A DNA stretch of 62,601 nt, the filler included, from Trichosphaerium sp. ATCC 40318 (taxonomy: Eukaryota; Protista; Tubulinea), in the NCBI GenBank assembly GCA_038496445.1. It is 3 parts of 3 records of this genome, joined end to end, with 100 filler letters (N's around TTAATTAATTAA, not from the genome) between each part and the next. Parts side by side here need not be neighbours in the genome. Positions count along the whole stretch, not along the records: positions 18,062 to 35,532 come from JALMLS010000114.1; positions 35,633 to 62,601 come from JALMLS010000259.1; 1 more part is not named here. One strand, written 5' to 3'. The notes below the pieces were generated by a model. The model made no database searches, was not told the origin of the DNA, and was given only the letters and a program-made list of their open reading frames with translations. The position numbers and the translations under genes are program-made. Positions 31,864 to 45,555 of the stretch are shown here, piece after piece; position 1 is the first letter of the stretch; each line of letters begins with the position of its first letter.

Positions 31864-32263
31864 TAATGTATTGTCAACAAGGACTTTCTACAATGATGTA
31901 CCAATAAAGATTACCATTGAGTGTAAATTAACAGAAAACATATGCTTTGTTACAAAAAGTAGCTATTTGAGACAGGCTTATGTCGGATAAAAACAGTATG
32001 ATCCTGACCATTATAAGTGAAAGATCATTTTCAAAACACGCTTTGTTGTACTGAGGACTTATTGTAAAAACGTGATTTTTACGGACGTTTTTCTGATTTC
32101 GTTGTTACTGGCGACTCTTTCTGCAGGTATTAGAATGGTTGCATACACATACATTGTAGATAATGCAAACACCCAATGATCCGACAGCGAGTTTCGTTGA
32201 AAAAGCGAAATAATTTTCCTCTAAATTCATAGCCATACCTTAATTCAAGCTCTAAGTCATTGA

Positions 32264-33084
32264 ATGGCAATGTCTCTAAGGCGAGCCAGAAAGGGCTCCA
32301 CTACAACGCAACTCAAAAGAGCTGTAACTTCTGCTCCTACTCCAAAGGAAGAGGATCAATCTCCGTTAGTTACATTTTTTTTTATCCAAATAAGCTGGTT
32401 TTTTACAGCTCCTTCACTCCAATTCTCTAACACGTGTTTAATTATGTAGACCATTTCCATTAAATAGAAGTGTATCAATACCTGATGAATTCATAACAGG
32501 ACATAAAAAGCCGGTGGCTGCGCAACATCGAGCACGTGAGTTGGCATGTCGTTACGGAGCACTACCAAAACCAAACGCAACAAAAAAGAAAAAGAAAAAC
32601 GCCGAAACCACTAATACACGGCCCACGACGCCACGGAATACGCTTGCAGAGGCATACAGAGATTTTGATAACAAAACAGAAATTTCAGAACGACAAAGAG
32701 CAGTCTCAATGTACGAAGCGTTGCCTAAACCACGTGCTCCCAAAAAACCTTCAAAGCCTGTTCATAATAAGCAAAACATACGCAAACCAGCAAAAAATGC
32801 CAATAACAATGTCAAAGGTGGTAGAGCAGCGTTAGCTACTGCTAAAGGAAAGAACTTTTTAAAGCGATCGCTGAGCGAAAATGAAATAGTGGCTGTAGAA
32901 AAAAAACCTCAAGAAGAAGGTGGTAAAAGAACAAGGTAAGTTGAAGACTCATGTTTGACTTCAGTTGGTTGCACTTGTATGTAGTACTTACTGTTTACAA
33001 AGGCGTAGATCTATATACATGGCTTACAATAAACCCAAGGAGGACAGGTCACCAAATTGGCGTATCCGTGGTGGAAGAAAATAA
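32264..33084 (+). CDS. Basic low-complexity orphan protein, paralogue B (3 exons)
   Basis: MAMSLRRARKGS..RSVSIPDEF..YGALPKP..RAVSMYEALP..LKRSLSENEI..RRRSIYMAYN..RSPNWRI. Confidence 0.8.
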
Positions 33085-33594
33085 AAGTGTATTTCTAACT
33101 AAACTTGTCAATAACAAAAATAAACAAACCAAGTTGAATCCTGGAAGGTGATGTGAAACTGAGTGATGTTTCTACGCACACTGTTCAAGAAGTTAAGACT
33201 AAGGTATGAATTACATTTGCCCTCCTGAAGGGTAGCGTCGCCATCATTGAGTTGACCTAGATTGTCGTGTTAAATTCAAAATGCGCTGTTAGTTACCTCA
33301 TACTTTCGCCTATGTTCGCTAGTCATTTTCTTTAGTTTTGAACATTTATCTACTTAACCTTATTTTGTGAAGAAAGAAAAAATGGTTGTACACGTGTTTT
33401 ACTCCGTTACAGACGTTTGGGTAAACTTGAGTTGACTTCGTATAAATCAACAACAACAACCGACAAAGCTTAAACAACATGGCCAGCAATCACCCACATC
33501 CCACCCAAAAATTTCCTTTTCAATTTGTTTAAAAACTGTAAAACCTTTCTTTTATTTTCAAGTGTTCTTGTATAATATAACAAATGTAGCAATT

Positions 33595-35198
33595 ATTTGA
33601 TTTTTAGTTTTCTCCAATCACGTGTTTTCTTAGAAGAACCAGCACCTTTGAGTTTTCTTTTTTGTCTGTTCCATAACTGTGTATTTTTCCTGCCAAATCT
33701 ACCAGGCGAACAGCAAGCTAATAGTATTAGCTAGGTACACTAAATCATAGACGCACTTGAATAGCTAAAATTTTTGCGCTTTCTGTGACCAGAATCACCA
33801 CCAGAAACAAGTCCATAACTTTCAGGTCTGATAATAAGCCGGTACCTCAAAAGCGTCAGGATTCCCATGCAGCCAAAAAACATACCACAAAGTGCTTAAA
33901 TAATATATTAATAACAATTTTACGCGTCAAGCGTCGCTTTTCAACTGGATCTTCCATGTCTGCCGTGCACATCCTAAGAAGGTTATTTGATAATAATACC
34001 ATGTAATTAACTTACTTGATGATACGGTTAGTAAGCCAACGCAAGCCATAAGGGATTAGCGAAGCATTCTCAGCTATTTGGCTCAATATTTTATAAATGG
34101 CATTAAGGAGAAAGCATTTGAGGATCAGCTGTTTGGGTGTAAGTTAATAATCAATGTATAAACCTAAAATACCTGCAGATTTTGTCTTTGAAGACTGGAA
34201 CAAAAACCGCTAAACGATACGTCAAATTACAAAGACACAAGCAAACCCAAACCTCAGCATCGTTGGTAGATAATATTTTGACACCTTGTTCTTATGTTCT
34301 TGAATAACGTAATTCAAGACATTTCGCAGTACAGTATACAAGTACGGTTTACCATACGTTAAGCTAACATTCAGCGTTACCAATTTACCCTTTACAGTTT
34401 ACGTACTTATATAAGTCGATAGTAGGTCAGAGGTAAAGCAGGAGCTGCTCAAAAAGCTTGATTTTACGTTACAATTTGCGTTTTGGCACCTCTGCTACTT
34501 GCTAACAAATATGAGCGCTTGCACTTATTGTAAAAATCCAGAAGCAATACCTCAATGAATATCAAGAGTAATGACTCGTCAGGCATCGTGTGACAGTTTC
34601 CAATATAGTGTGAACACGATAGCTTGAGAAACACCGTGTTGTTGGCGAGTCTTGAGAAGGTACCTGCGTGTTTAAGAATTTCAAGAAGGTGACTATTGTC
34701 TGCACGCAAGCCAGATATCAACACACCAGTTGCCTTCACAAAATAATTATTAATATAAAATAATAGCACGTGGTTTTGTGTAGGTAATTGGCGAAACGGT
34801 TGATTAATTGCGGTTTTGTAAACTACCTTACGGAGAGCAGTGGTGCTTCTTTAAACCGTTTTGTTTTTTTGACACCACTGAAAGGCATCGCAAAGCCTTT
34901 GTTCCATATTTGCCTATCCAATCGCGCACGTCAGAGATAACTTCGAACAATTCAAGCGACTTCTGGTTGATCTTCTTTTTTATCAGAGTGGTTGGACTTT
35001 TGATCTAAATACTCGGTTACACAGCCTTTGTGTCGTATTTTGGCAATAAATTACGCACCTGCAGCTGTGATAGCTCTTCATTTTGCAATTCCTCCTGTAA
35101 TTGCGCTAGCTTGTGCCCATTGCAGTAATTTTTCTTTCGGTTGATTGTTATGCTCTACGTTATTTTGGTTCGCTGGCGTTTTCTCCTTAGTAGCCATC
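33595..35198 (-). CDS. Probable spliced gene of unknown function (boundaries uncertain)
   Basis: Exon-like open stretches (KLAQLQEELQNEELSQLQ; ATGVLISGLRADNSHLLEILKH...) bounded by GT/AG. No family recognised. Confidence 0.35.
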
Positions 35199-35532
35199 AT
35201 TGGGCTGTCATAAAGCTAGTGTTATACCCATAAGGTGTTTGAGGCCTTACAAATTTGGCAGCACTTTTTGACCTGCCTTTGACCACCTTTTCTACCACCG
35301 AGTAAGGTAACCACTCGTGTACGTTCATTAAAAACCTCAATTTATACTTTAATTGTCGTAGCGCATCTTTATCAAAACTTTTTGCGTAAAAGCAAAAACA
35401 ACCAACCTTCGGTCCATTCATAGATAGGCAAGCTATTCGCACAGCAGAAACTAATCTTTTTTCAAGGCAATGAAACTGTTTCGCGCCACCACTGCTGCCT
35501 CAGCGCGTGCTCGTACTGTCTCCTCAAGGTTT

Positions 35533-35632
35533 NNNNNNNNNNNNNNNNNNNNNNNNNNNNNNNNNNNNNNNNNNNNTTAATTAATTAANNNNNNNNNNNN
35601 NNNNNNNNNNNNNNNNNNNNNNNNNNNNNNNN
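35533..35632. other. Artificial contig-joining linker
   Basis: N44-TTAATTAATTAA-N44. Confidence 0.97.
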
Positions 35633-35649
35633 TCTTTACACTAATTTTA

Positions 35650-37060
35650 TTTAGTCAACAGTGTCTCAACCTGATGATACCAAATCAAAATGCTGCTACA
35701 ACCAATATGTATGACAAATGTTGACAATTTGTCGTTTAGTGACTCCAGTTTTCCTTCTCTAGTTTTGTTGTTTTAAAGCTACTTTAACGAAGAGCTCTTT
35801 TATGGTTAGCCCATACCACACCTGAAACATGGTGGCTTTATCCATGTGAATCTACTTTCAAGAAATAATTTTGGTAACTTTCCTAATCCAAATTCTCTGT
35901 AATCCCAAGGGTCAGGTGAAATATCAACACAACTCGTCCAGCGTCCCTAGCAAACAACTGAGTATTTGCTACTAAAGAATCGTTACTATTGTACCTTTTG
36001 AATAATGTCAAAGCCACCCTTGGCTGTCTGATTTTGTTGTGAAAAGTAAAAAGAGAGAAGAGATTCAAGTATTTGTAGAAGATTATCGGAGTACTTTAAA
36101 TGTACTCTGCTTTCTGAACTATTCTCTTTGAATGCTATTCCATCTGTTGATCCCCTTCTTGCATGTAAAATATACTCTACATCTCCCTATGAAAAGAATG
36201 AAAATCGAATAAAAAAGTGTACTTTTTCCAATGTTTGTTTTTGTAAGTCACGTGAAAATCAGGTGATATAGTTAGTTATTACCGTTTTCCTAAGGGATAC
36301 ATCTTCCATTAAAATAGAAGTTTTGTTGTTTTTTGGGAACAGCAGCATCCTTGGCCTAAAACTATGCGTTTGTTTAAGTGGTTTTTATTGAGTAGTACCC
36401 AATGGCCATTTCGAATCCATCCAAGTTGTGGTACATTACTAGTTGAATACGCACTAGTTGTTTACTATTTTCAATACAAATGTCAGAAACGACAACCTAT
36501 AAAGAAGCATTAGTATCCATGAGAGTACAAAATAAGTTGTTTAATTGAAAGAAAAAAGAAACATAAGTTGCAGGATGGGCACAACTATTAGGTTAATAAA
36601 CGAGCTTATAGTATCTTAGTCGTTGGAACTAGATAAGAAAGTTTATCTTACAGCTATGTTAAAGGCGGTCAAGACTGCTTCCTTGCGTAGACGCTATAGG
36701 AGAGTTTTCTAGTTTTCTAAGTTGGCACGTGATTTATTTCGTGTTTCTTCAAAATCAACGACGTACACAATGCCTAACATATCCTTCTTCCACGTTTTCC
36801 CATGTGTTGTAGTGTTCATTTGTATGTGCACTTCGGTCAGTGACTGTATCTATGTTGAACATTTTCTTAAACACCTTGTGCATCTTGTAGCTGTAAATGA
36901 CAATATTTATCTTTTCCGACTTTGATATTTCTTTATACACCTTAATAGAGCTTTAGCATAACGGATTCGGCGTAAACCTAGTATCTTACATTATACCAAG
37001 ACGTGTACTTCGACTTTAACGCTTTTGAAACGTAAAACGATTGTAAGCATGTTTTCTTCC
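35650..37060 (-). pseudogene. Uncharacterised spliced gene or remnant (left arm; mirror ~54420-55830 +)
   Basis: Exon-like pieces (VYKEISKSEKINIVIYSYKMH..., GFEMAIGYYSIKNHLNKRIVFRPRMLL...). I could not build a stop-free model. Confidence 0.3.
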
Positions 37061-37439
37061 AATAGTATTCATTAAAACAGGTTCTATCATGTATTTCATG
37101 ACACGTGGCTCCTTTTTAAAACGTTAACGGAATGTTTAACGAAATTGTTTATGCTGTATTTATTTGAAAACAGTATTTACGCGTACCCAGGCTTATAACA
37201 GAAATAACAGGTAATTTAAAAAGGATTTGAACAAACACTTCATTAGGCAGCAAATTCCACAATAGGGTTTGGTCTGGACTGTGTATGATCGTGCTCAGCC
37301 TACCTCCCATTGCTTTTAATAAAAAAGAGACTTAATAGTGGGTAGCAAGTCTGAAATTGATGAATGGAATCTTTTATTTTTTCTAAAGCTAATCTGGAGT
37401 AAGCACTTCTGGTAGTACACTACGTTTCATAAACACCGC

Positions 37440-38902
37440 TCAATGTCGGCCTATAATTGTATGTACACTAGAAAGAGATATGACACCGTCATCTGTTATG
37501 CCTTGACACCCTCGTAGACCAATTTTGTGGGCACTAGAAAGGGCTACTAGCCCTTCATCTGTTATATTTGTGAAACCGACATCAATAGTGTGTACACCAG
37601 AAAGAGCCTTTATGCCATAATCTGAAATACCTTTACAACCCACCAGGTTAATTTCATGTACTCCAGAAAGAGCTACTAGCCCTTCATCTGTTATTTTTGT
37701 AAAACTGAGATTAATAGTGTGTACACCAGAAAGAGCTTTTATCCCTTCATCTGTTACATTTGTAGAACCGAGATTAATAGTGTGTACACCAGAAAGAGCT
37801 GTTATCCCTTTGTCTGTTATGTTTTTACATCCATTAAGCTCAATCTTATGTACGCCAGAAAGAGCCTTTATGCCGTAATCTGAAATACCTTTACAACCCA
37901 CCAGGTTAATTTCATGTACTCCAGAAAGAGCTACTAGCCCTTCATCTGTTATTTTTGTAGAACCGAGATTAATAGTGTGTACACCAGAAAGAGCTTTTAT
38001 CCCTTCATCTGTTACATTTCTAGAACAGAGATTAATTTTATGTACACCAGAAAGAGCTTTTATCCCTTCATCTGTTATTCTTGTATAAGTGAGATCAATA
38101 GTGTGTACACCAGAAAGAGCTTTTAACCCTTCATCTGTTATTTTTGTAGAACCGACATCAATAGTGTGTACACCAGAAAGGGCTGTTATTCCTTTGTCTG
38201 TTATGTTGTTACATCCACTAAGATCAATTTCATGTACACCAGAAAGAGCTTTTAACCCTTCATCTGTTACATTTGTAGAACCGAGAGTAATTTTATGTAC
38301 ACCAGAAAGAGCTTTTATCCCTTCATCTGTTATTTTTGTAAAAGTGAGATTAATAGTGTGGACGCCAGAAAGAGCTTTTAACCCTTTATCTGTTATTTTT
38401 GTAAAACTGAGACCAATAGTGTGGACACCAGAAAGTGCCTTGACACCTTCGTCTGTAATACAATTACAAAATTTTATATTAATGGTATGAACGCCAGACA
38501 GTGCCTTGATGGCTTCATCTGTTACACTGCAAGAATTAATATCGATTGAACGAATGCCAGCAAGTGCTTTGACAACATCATCAGGACACCATAATTGTTT
38601 GTACAAAATTTTGACTTTCGTGTGCTGAAGAGTGCTTGAATGTCGTAAGAGTGCTTTTGCCTGCGCAACACTTGAAATACAAACCTTTGAGTATCCTATA
38701 ATGTCATGGATGATAGAGGCAAACGATGACAGGTTTGACAAGCTGCAAAACGTGCTTTTGTAGTTTGGCGTAAGATGGTTGCTAAAATCTCTGTTGGGAA
38801 GTCTAATATGCTTATTTGCGCTCTTTTGATTGCGTTAGAATGCGATATAGAGTAATGTAGTGCTTACCTATGATCTTCAGCGTTTAAACTATTTTTTAGC
38901 AT
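37440..38902 (-). pseudogene. F-box-LRR gene, left-arm copy, frameshifted between F-box and LRRs
   Basis: About 17 repeats of LSGVHxIxLxx(xx)ITDEGxxA. It lacks one A (CGT-TTG vs CGT-ATT-G near 38723) relative to the right copy. Confidence 0.75.
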
Positions 38903-39458
38903 CAAATCAGTAGTGTGAGTGCGTAATTAACAAAGGTAAAGCGAGATTAGTAGCCACGTGTTTTATTACCGAGAAAACACAAAAAAAGCTATTCTGTGAA
39001 AGTGCGGTTGTAATTGTAGCTATTATTAGATTACACCATAGTCTCTGTTGATAATGAGATAGTCCACCTTTGTACAATGTGAGTTCATGGCACTCGGGCT
39101 GTCGGATAAAAAGAAGAGTATGTTTAAGTCAGGATTACAGTTATCACTTGTTTATAGCACCTCGAAAACTTCATCTTGTATGCTTCATACTATCAAAAAG
39201 CTAACCCACCACCTTGGTTATGCAACTCAGCCCTAGAACTTATTAACGCTGGGTTTTTGTTTGAGTACATAGCGGTAACGGCTTTTGTTTTAAAAACTCC
39301 TCCAAACACTGAAATTCTTTGCTTTGAACCATTCTTGAGCGCAAAAAAAATCAGCTGTCAACCTTTGAACTGAAAGTGCAAGAACTGGCGTAAACTGAAG
39401 TTGTTATCCACAAAATGTATTAGAAAAAGTACATATTCTGTTGGATAATTCTAGTTTA

Positions 39459-41708
39459 TTACCCGACTGATGACTCAACATCATCAATCTTGTTTAGCTG
39501 TTTTGCGCCTTTGATGGCTTGTTCCCTACCCTTTTTGACATTTACAAAGTACATTAACGGCAGTGATATCAACAAAGCTACCTAAATAGACTGTGAACAT
39601 TTCATCAAGAGTTTCGGTAACAAAGCATACAAGAACATATAAAAATGCCCATCTAAGTGTTCCAGTGGCTTCCTTTAATCCAGCAGCAACAAAAGGTCCT
39701 ACCCATGTACTTCCGCGATTTGTAATTTCAAAGAACCCGAAAAACTCGCTTTCATAGCCAGGAGGAACAAGACTTGCAAATAAAACGCTAAAAAAAAACT
39801 GTCAACTTTTAGTACAAAAAATAGACAGCAGAAATTACTCCATTGAAGTTCTTACCGGCTAACAGATTGTATAGCACCAAGACAAAATCCATACCAAATC
39901 ACAACCGGGAATAATTCCCACTTACTCGTTAACCCTATTGAAACAGTCAGCCGTTATGCACATGTGACAGCTGGGTTTTGTTGAAAAAACTGTACCAAAT
40001 ACACCCGAAAAACCAATCATAGAGTAAATAGGAAGAACAAGGAGCCACCCAATAAAGATAAATATCATAGTCTTATTACTTAAAGAAAACCATTGTTTAA
40101 TCTTTAGCCAAAACACAGTACCAATAAGACCGAAAATTGGAGTCTAAACAAAGTCCTAAAAAAAAATAGGACAAACACAATTAACTTACCACTATTAGTA
40201 CTCCTGCCAAGATTTCGCCAGATGCACCAAGTTCCTCATTAGCAAAAAGAGTACCAAGAGATCTGAGTCTAAAATGAGTGGAATTATAAACGCGCTTCAG
40301 TACGTACGCAATTAGTTCAAAAGCATCGGAGTAGACAAACCATGCCAACAGAAACAGTGCAAGATTTGGAAATTTCTTGATCTTTAGGAATGTATGATAC
40401 ACTTAAACTTACTGTAAGCAAACATAACTACTTATACTCATGTACCTGTTTTGAATGATTCCGCAATATAGTTAGATCCTTCAGGCAATGGTTTACCAAC
40501 GTGTCGCCGCACAAGAAAATAAGAAAAAAACGAGAATGCAAACCACCAAAGTCCTCCAACGCCAATAGCCTAAAGCGAGGAATGTTGAATAAAAAACATA
40601 AATAAACACTATCTTAGTTACCACTCGATATCCTGTTGTACTATCATCCTCAATAAATTGTGTAGAGTTCGAGTTTAAGTAATCTTGGCACCTACAAACT
40701 TAACATGGCGGAATTTACTTTTTGTGCGTGCCGTATAGTTGTTTCCATGTCGAAAGGGTTTGTAAAAAGAAAGATAAAGCCAATAGATATTACTAGAATA
40801 ATCAATGCAGCAGAATAACCATAAATAAATCCAATTTTAGACACATAGTTTGATACCTTATCCTCAACCTGAAATAACTTTAGTTCAGTTTATTGCTCTT
40901 TCTTTAGCGCCCGTGTGTCTTTGACGTACTTTTCTTTTGACTTCTTTGGTTTCTTTTGAAACTTTTAAGTACTTTGGATGATGTCTTACGAGAAAAGGGA
41001 GATATGAATTATAGTAAATGTTTGCCAACCCAAACATGACATTAGATAAAATTGCTAGTACACCTACAAGCCAATACAAAGACGATTTTACTATGAAAGC
41101 GACAGCCATCGTCATGATACTTCCCAAAACAGTTGTAACAATCAAAGCTGGTTTCCTGGAAGGTCCAAAATCGGCGAACGAACCTAAAGACAAAGAGTGA
41201 GAAGTTTTCCCAAAAAAGTATGCCTACCAAACAAAATATATGCGACGATTTGGAACAGCACTGATAGTCCGACTATCACGCTAGCATACGCTCTACGATC
41301 ACGTTTAGTATGTATACTGGAAAATTATACTCATGACGATAAATGACGACTCAAAATACGGTACATACGCTGGATTTAGTTTTACCCAACCGAGGTTAAC
41401 TTTACAATCTGATCCAGCGCTAAATTTTGCAAAGTCATTTAACAAAATTGGCAAGAACCCATTTATAACAACGAAGGGGTACACAGAGTTGGCCCTTTAA
41501 AGTAGAGTTAGCTCACATTAACATCGTTGAATCACAAAAGGTGTAGTCTACAATAAAACTATTGGAAGCCTTACCAATCATAAGAATACCAACCGTGAAG
41601 TTCCCATGCTGTTGTGGCGTTGTTTTTATCGCTTTCGCTAGTATTTGAACTAGATCTTTCCTCAGAGTCGCTGGTAGACTCCAAGGTACCTGTACTGATG
41701 TCGTCCAT
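39459..41708 (-). CDS. Atg22/UMF1-family MFS transporter (left-arm copy)
   Basis: GWYSYDW-ANS, LGSFADFGPSRK, NIYYNSYLP, FLLAWFVYSDA, ESEFFGFFEITNRGSTWVGP. Confidence 0.9.
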
Positions 41709-41937
41709 AATCGAGTTAAAAGCTAAAATTCTAAAATGGCACGTGATCATAAGAAGATTGTTGACGACGCCAAAACAAGCATGCACATTTATAGTGGTCG
41801 CCAATTACCGCAGAATAGTGTAGACGTGCTTTCATAGACTCAAGCTTCTGTGAAAAAAAGTATAATTATTAATCACTTAAACAGCATAAAAAGCATTGCA
41901 GGGATAGCCCGGAAAGGGTAAAGCTATATTGCCGGTA

Positions 41938-43591
41938 ATGTTGGCGTCTATCATGAAGTCTATGTCTAAAAAGAAAGGTAAAGTTGCGCTTGTTAACGTA
42001 GGCGATTAATCATTATACCAGAGGCGGTTTTACCAACAATTACAAAACATAAGCCAACAAATAAGAAACGTCGCGCTGAAATGAGCTATGAAGACCAAAT
42101 GGATGCAGACGTTACGAAAGCACGCGTTAAAAACTCGATGATGAATTAAAAACCCAATAACAAGCCTATAGCTACGAGAAAAACGTGAACGTAAACGTAG
42201 AAAGCTGGAGGAAGAGAAAAATAAGCCTGCACCAGTAATCAGCTCAGAACTCCAAGTACAAACAACATTTCTAAGAGTTCACCCAAAACTTACGTAATTT
42301 TTAGGCTCTACGCGCAGAATTCGATGTGAGTGACTCTGATGAGGATGAAGAACAAGATATACTTGGTGATAAACCTCTTATTGATACAAAAGATAAAGCA
42401 GAGGCAGCTGTCAAACGTGTAAGTGTCAAAATGTCAAATGAGTTCAGTGAAAATATTAAGCATTTTTTTTTGTTTTGTCTCACAGGTCTCCAGATAAATG
42501 AGGTTCTTGGTAGAAAAGGTGCTCGCCAAACAAAAGTAATAGCAGTGGACCTTGAGTGGATAGGTAAAAGGAGATTGTAACCGAAGTAAGGAAGCTAATA
42601 GAAACCCTTAAGGCGACGGAAGGGATGCCACTCTTTGTCTTTTACAGCTTGCTGTACCTGATGACTTGGTATACTTATTCGATTTTGTAACACTCCAGGC
42701 ATCAGTCATATGGGCAGCAGGCTTAAAGGAAGTATGGAATAATTTTTGAACTTTCTGTAGATGACTAAGCATGTAATTAGATTATGGAGTCGAAAGACAT
42801 TCTGAAAATATTCCATGATTGTAGACAAGACGCAGATGTTTTATGGTAATTAAACCAATTCAAATGCATTTACTAACAAGGTTGCAGGAATGGACATAAC
42901 GTAAAACTGACACGTGTTTATGACACACAAATAGCTTTTGGTACCTTTTTCTTGTTTACACTATCGGCTGTTTATCTTCTTTATTGGTAGCACTGTTTCA
43001 GCAACAACAAGGTAAACGTATACCTCTACCTGCAAGTTTAAATACATTGCTGCGAAAATTCGCTTTTGGTGGCGTAAACAAACATAAGGACGAAGCACGT
43101 GCTGAAATGTCTAGTAACGCAATGTACTGGGCACAAAGACCTATGACAGAATCTCAAATGGTGCGATATTTCATTACCTTATCCAATGGATACTAATAAT
43201 TAATTTTTTAGGGCTATGCAAGGTACGATGGATAAGAGTAAAATGTCCTATTGTCAAGGCTGTATTTTAATATTTTTTTGTTTCAAACAGGCAAGATGTA
43301 TTAAATGTTCCAGTCATCTATAGACAGTTTAATGGTGCCTTTTCTCAACAAACAATCAAAGCTGTTGTTAAAAATTCTGAGCTTTATGCGGATCAAGTAA
43401 GGTAAGCAATCAATTCACGAACAAGAATGGTAAAACCTACATTTCTATGTGCTTATATTACCTCAAGAAGTCTTAGCATAGAAGAATATACTGCACTTCG
43501 CGATTCATATGATGGTATACCAAAGTACAATATTGAGTCATGGGATAATAGCGCAAAGCAAAGCCTAGAATTCTATTCGAGAAAAAAATGA
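41938..43591 (+). CDS. EXD1/Egalitarian-like DEDDy 3'-5' exonuclease (left-arm copy)
   Basis: IAVDLEW, LCLLQLA, LKIFHDCRQDAD, VYDTQIA, SLNTLL, WAQRPMTESQM-GYAR-QDV. Confidence 0.88.
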
Positions 43592-43792
43592 TACAACGCA
43601 AGTCAAGATAAGATGACTTTTTCTTGAAATGTTTGATTCTTATACAAATGGCTAGGTTAATCCCTTTAAGTGGTATTTCACAAAGTATTTTCAAGCTGTG
43701 ATGTAGTACCACATGTAAATACTAAGATATAACTAATTAAAAAAACCTTAACGAGTACAAAATACTTTAAAAAATTTATTTGTTTATTACTA

Positions 43793-44619
43793 CTATGTTC
43801 TGTATTGTACAGTTTCTCTAAGGTGTTGAGTATCATCTTCGTTTTCTTTACGATGGTTTCTGAAGTGACGCCATGCAAGAATAAACGCTGCAAAAAGACC
43901 AATATAAAACAGACCTAAGATAGCACGTGAGCATAAAACCTGTCACTCAAAAAAAAAAAAAAAACGGTTAATGTAATACTCACTTATTAGCGTCCATACA
44001 AACACAGTGAAATGGTCCCTTATAAACTGTGTTCTGTTTGCTTCGAATAGAACGCCAAATACCATTAAAACAAAACCAAGCGTTCCAACATTACACCAAA
44101 GTAAAAGCTTTGATATGAATAGATGCGTTGACTGTACTCGTGATGGGTCCATAAAGTACCTCTACAACGTAGAATTAAGAAATTGTAGCTTTTGTTGTTA
44201 TATTTTCTGTACCTTGTGTGGTATGTGAATACAGCTATCAGGTAGTCGTGGAGCAAACAGCGCAGTCTTGTGATTTAAATTAACAGTTTGGCTTTCGGTT
44301 TTGTATTTTGTAGAACGTAAAATAACGTACCAAAACAAAGGATAACGCCACTACTAGTGTTACTAGAACGTACATTGTAACAACTTTTGCTTTATCAATA
44401 AATGTGTCAGATTGGCCTCCTAGATGTTGTAAATAATCTATACATCACATAGCAAGGCTAATTGGGCGTACCATCATTAAAATGTGTTGAAATCTTTGGT
44501 GGCAGTAGAACGCCATACACTACCGCGTGACCGAGTATAATTACCAACAACAGCGTTGTTACAACCAACTCCCACCAAACAAGCTTAGCATAACTTTTTA
44601 TTGTCGCTTTTGCCTTCAT
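43793..44619 (-). CDS. DUF1648-like small membrane protein (left-arm copy)
   Basis: TM helix followed by LPPKISTHFNDGGQSD, plus three more hydrophobic segments. Confidence 0.65.
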
Positions 44620-44815
44620 CAGCTCTACAAAGTGCGGACAAGGAAATAATAGAATCGAGCTTTGGCTGTAATTCTTAAATTGGCGGCTTAAGCCATTTCA
44701 CCTCGAATTGGAAGAACTGAAAGACGCATAGTGTTGTACTTGTTCTTTGGTGTCTAGTTGCGTAATACGATTACCGTTTTTGTACACAAACGAAAAACGC
44801 GAAGTGCAATAGCAA

Positions 44816-45543
44816 ATGAGAGGAAGACAAGGATCCAATGCCTTGCAGTCGTTGCGTATGGAGGCTGGCAAGAGCGGCGTAACGCGAATTTTGGAACGAA
44901 GACTTTCCGTATCAAAGGAATGTGTACAAGTGCACAATGCTTATAAACTAACCCACCTGCAGGACCGTTTAGTACAGATTAAATCCCGCATGTCTTTTAT
45001 GTTTAAGAAATCGCACCAGGATAGCGAAGACACCAAGGTCTTTGGTGTGGCGCTGGACGAGGAGTCAAAACTCATTCCTCGCGTTGGTACACTATAACGC
45101 AACATAACGACGTTATTCATACACTAACTGAGCCACTAGTGACAAAATGCATAAAGTTTTTGGATTCTCAAGGTAAACACACCAAAACGTAAATTAATGC
45201 TTAAACGTTAAAAGGATACGAAACTGAAGGGCTATTTCGCGTTTCTGGTATGCACTCAGTAATTCAGAGCTTTCGCCAACGATACGACAAAGGTGAGTGT
45301 GACACGCACTGAATAACGTATTGCGCTAACGTCATGTGTTACAAGGCGAATCGGTGGATTTCACAACAACAGATATACACACTGTAGCAGGCCTTCTTAA
45401 ACTTTACCTCAGAGAACTACCAGTACGATTCCGTTTTCTACAAAGCCAAACGAAACCGACGATCTGTTTTTCCACTTTTTCTTTTTTTTTGATTGTTGTC
45501 TCGTGTTTAGTGCGTATTAATGCTTGTCATAGGAACCACTATG
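44816..45543 (+). pseudogene. Truncated RhoGAP copy ending at the fold-back junction
   Basis: Mirror of 46665->45937; stops a few codons into the EPL exon. Confidence 0.8.
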
Positions 45544-45555
45544 ACATCAAATTTA

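Noticed and set aside
38089-38490. Antisense ORFs over the LRR genes (also 52983-53387, 56173-56451, 56819-57313) and most short ORF-track entries
   Set aside because: Shadows of repetitive coding sequence, or exon-plus-intron read-throughs starting at GTG/TTG.
37440-38520. Regular 63-69-nt repeats with variable inserts as a CRISPR array
   Set aside because: Unit lengths are multiples of 3 in one open frame encoding LRRs; eukaryotic context and no cas genes.
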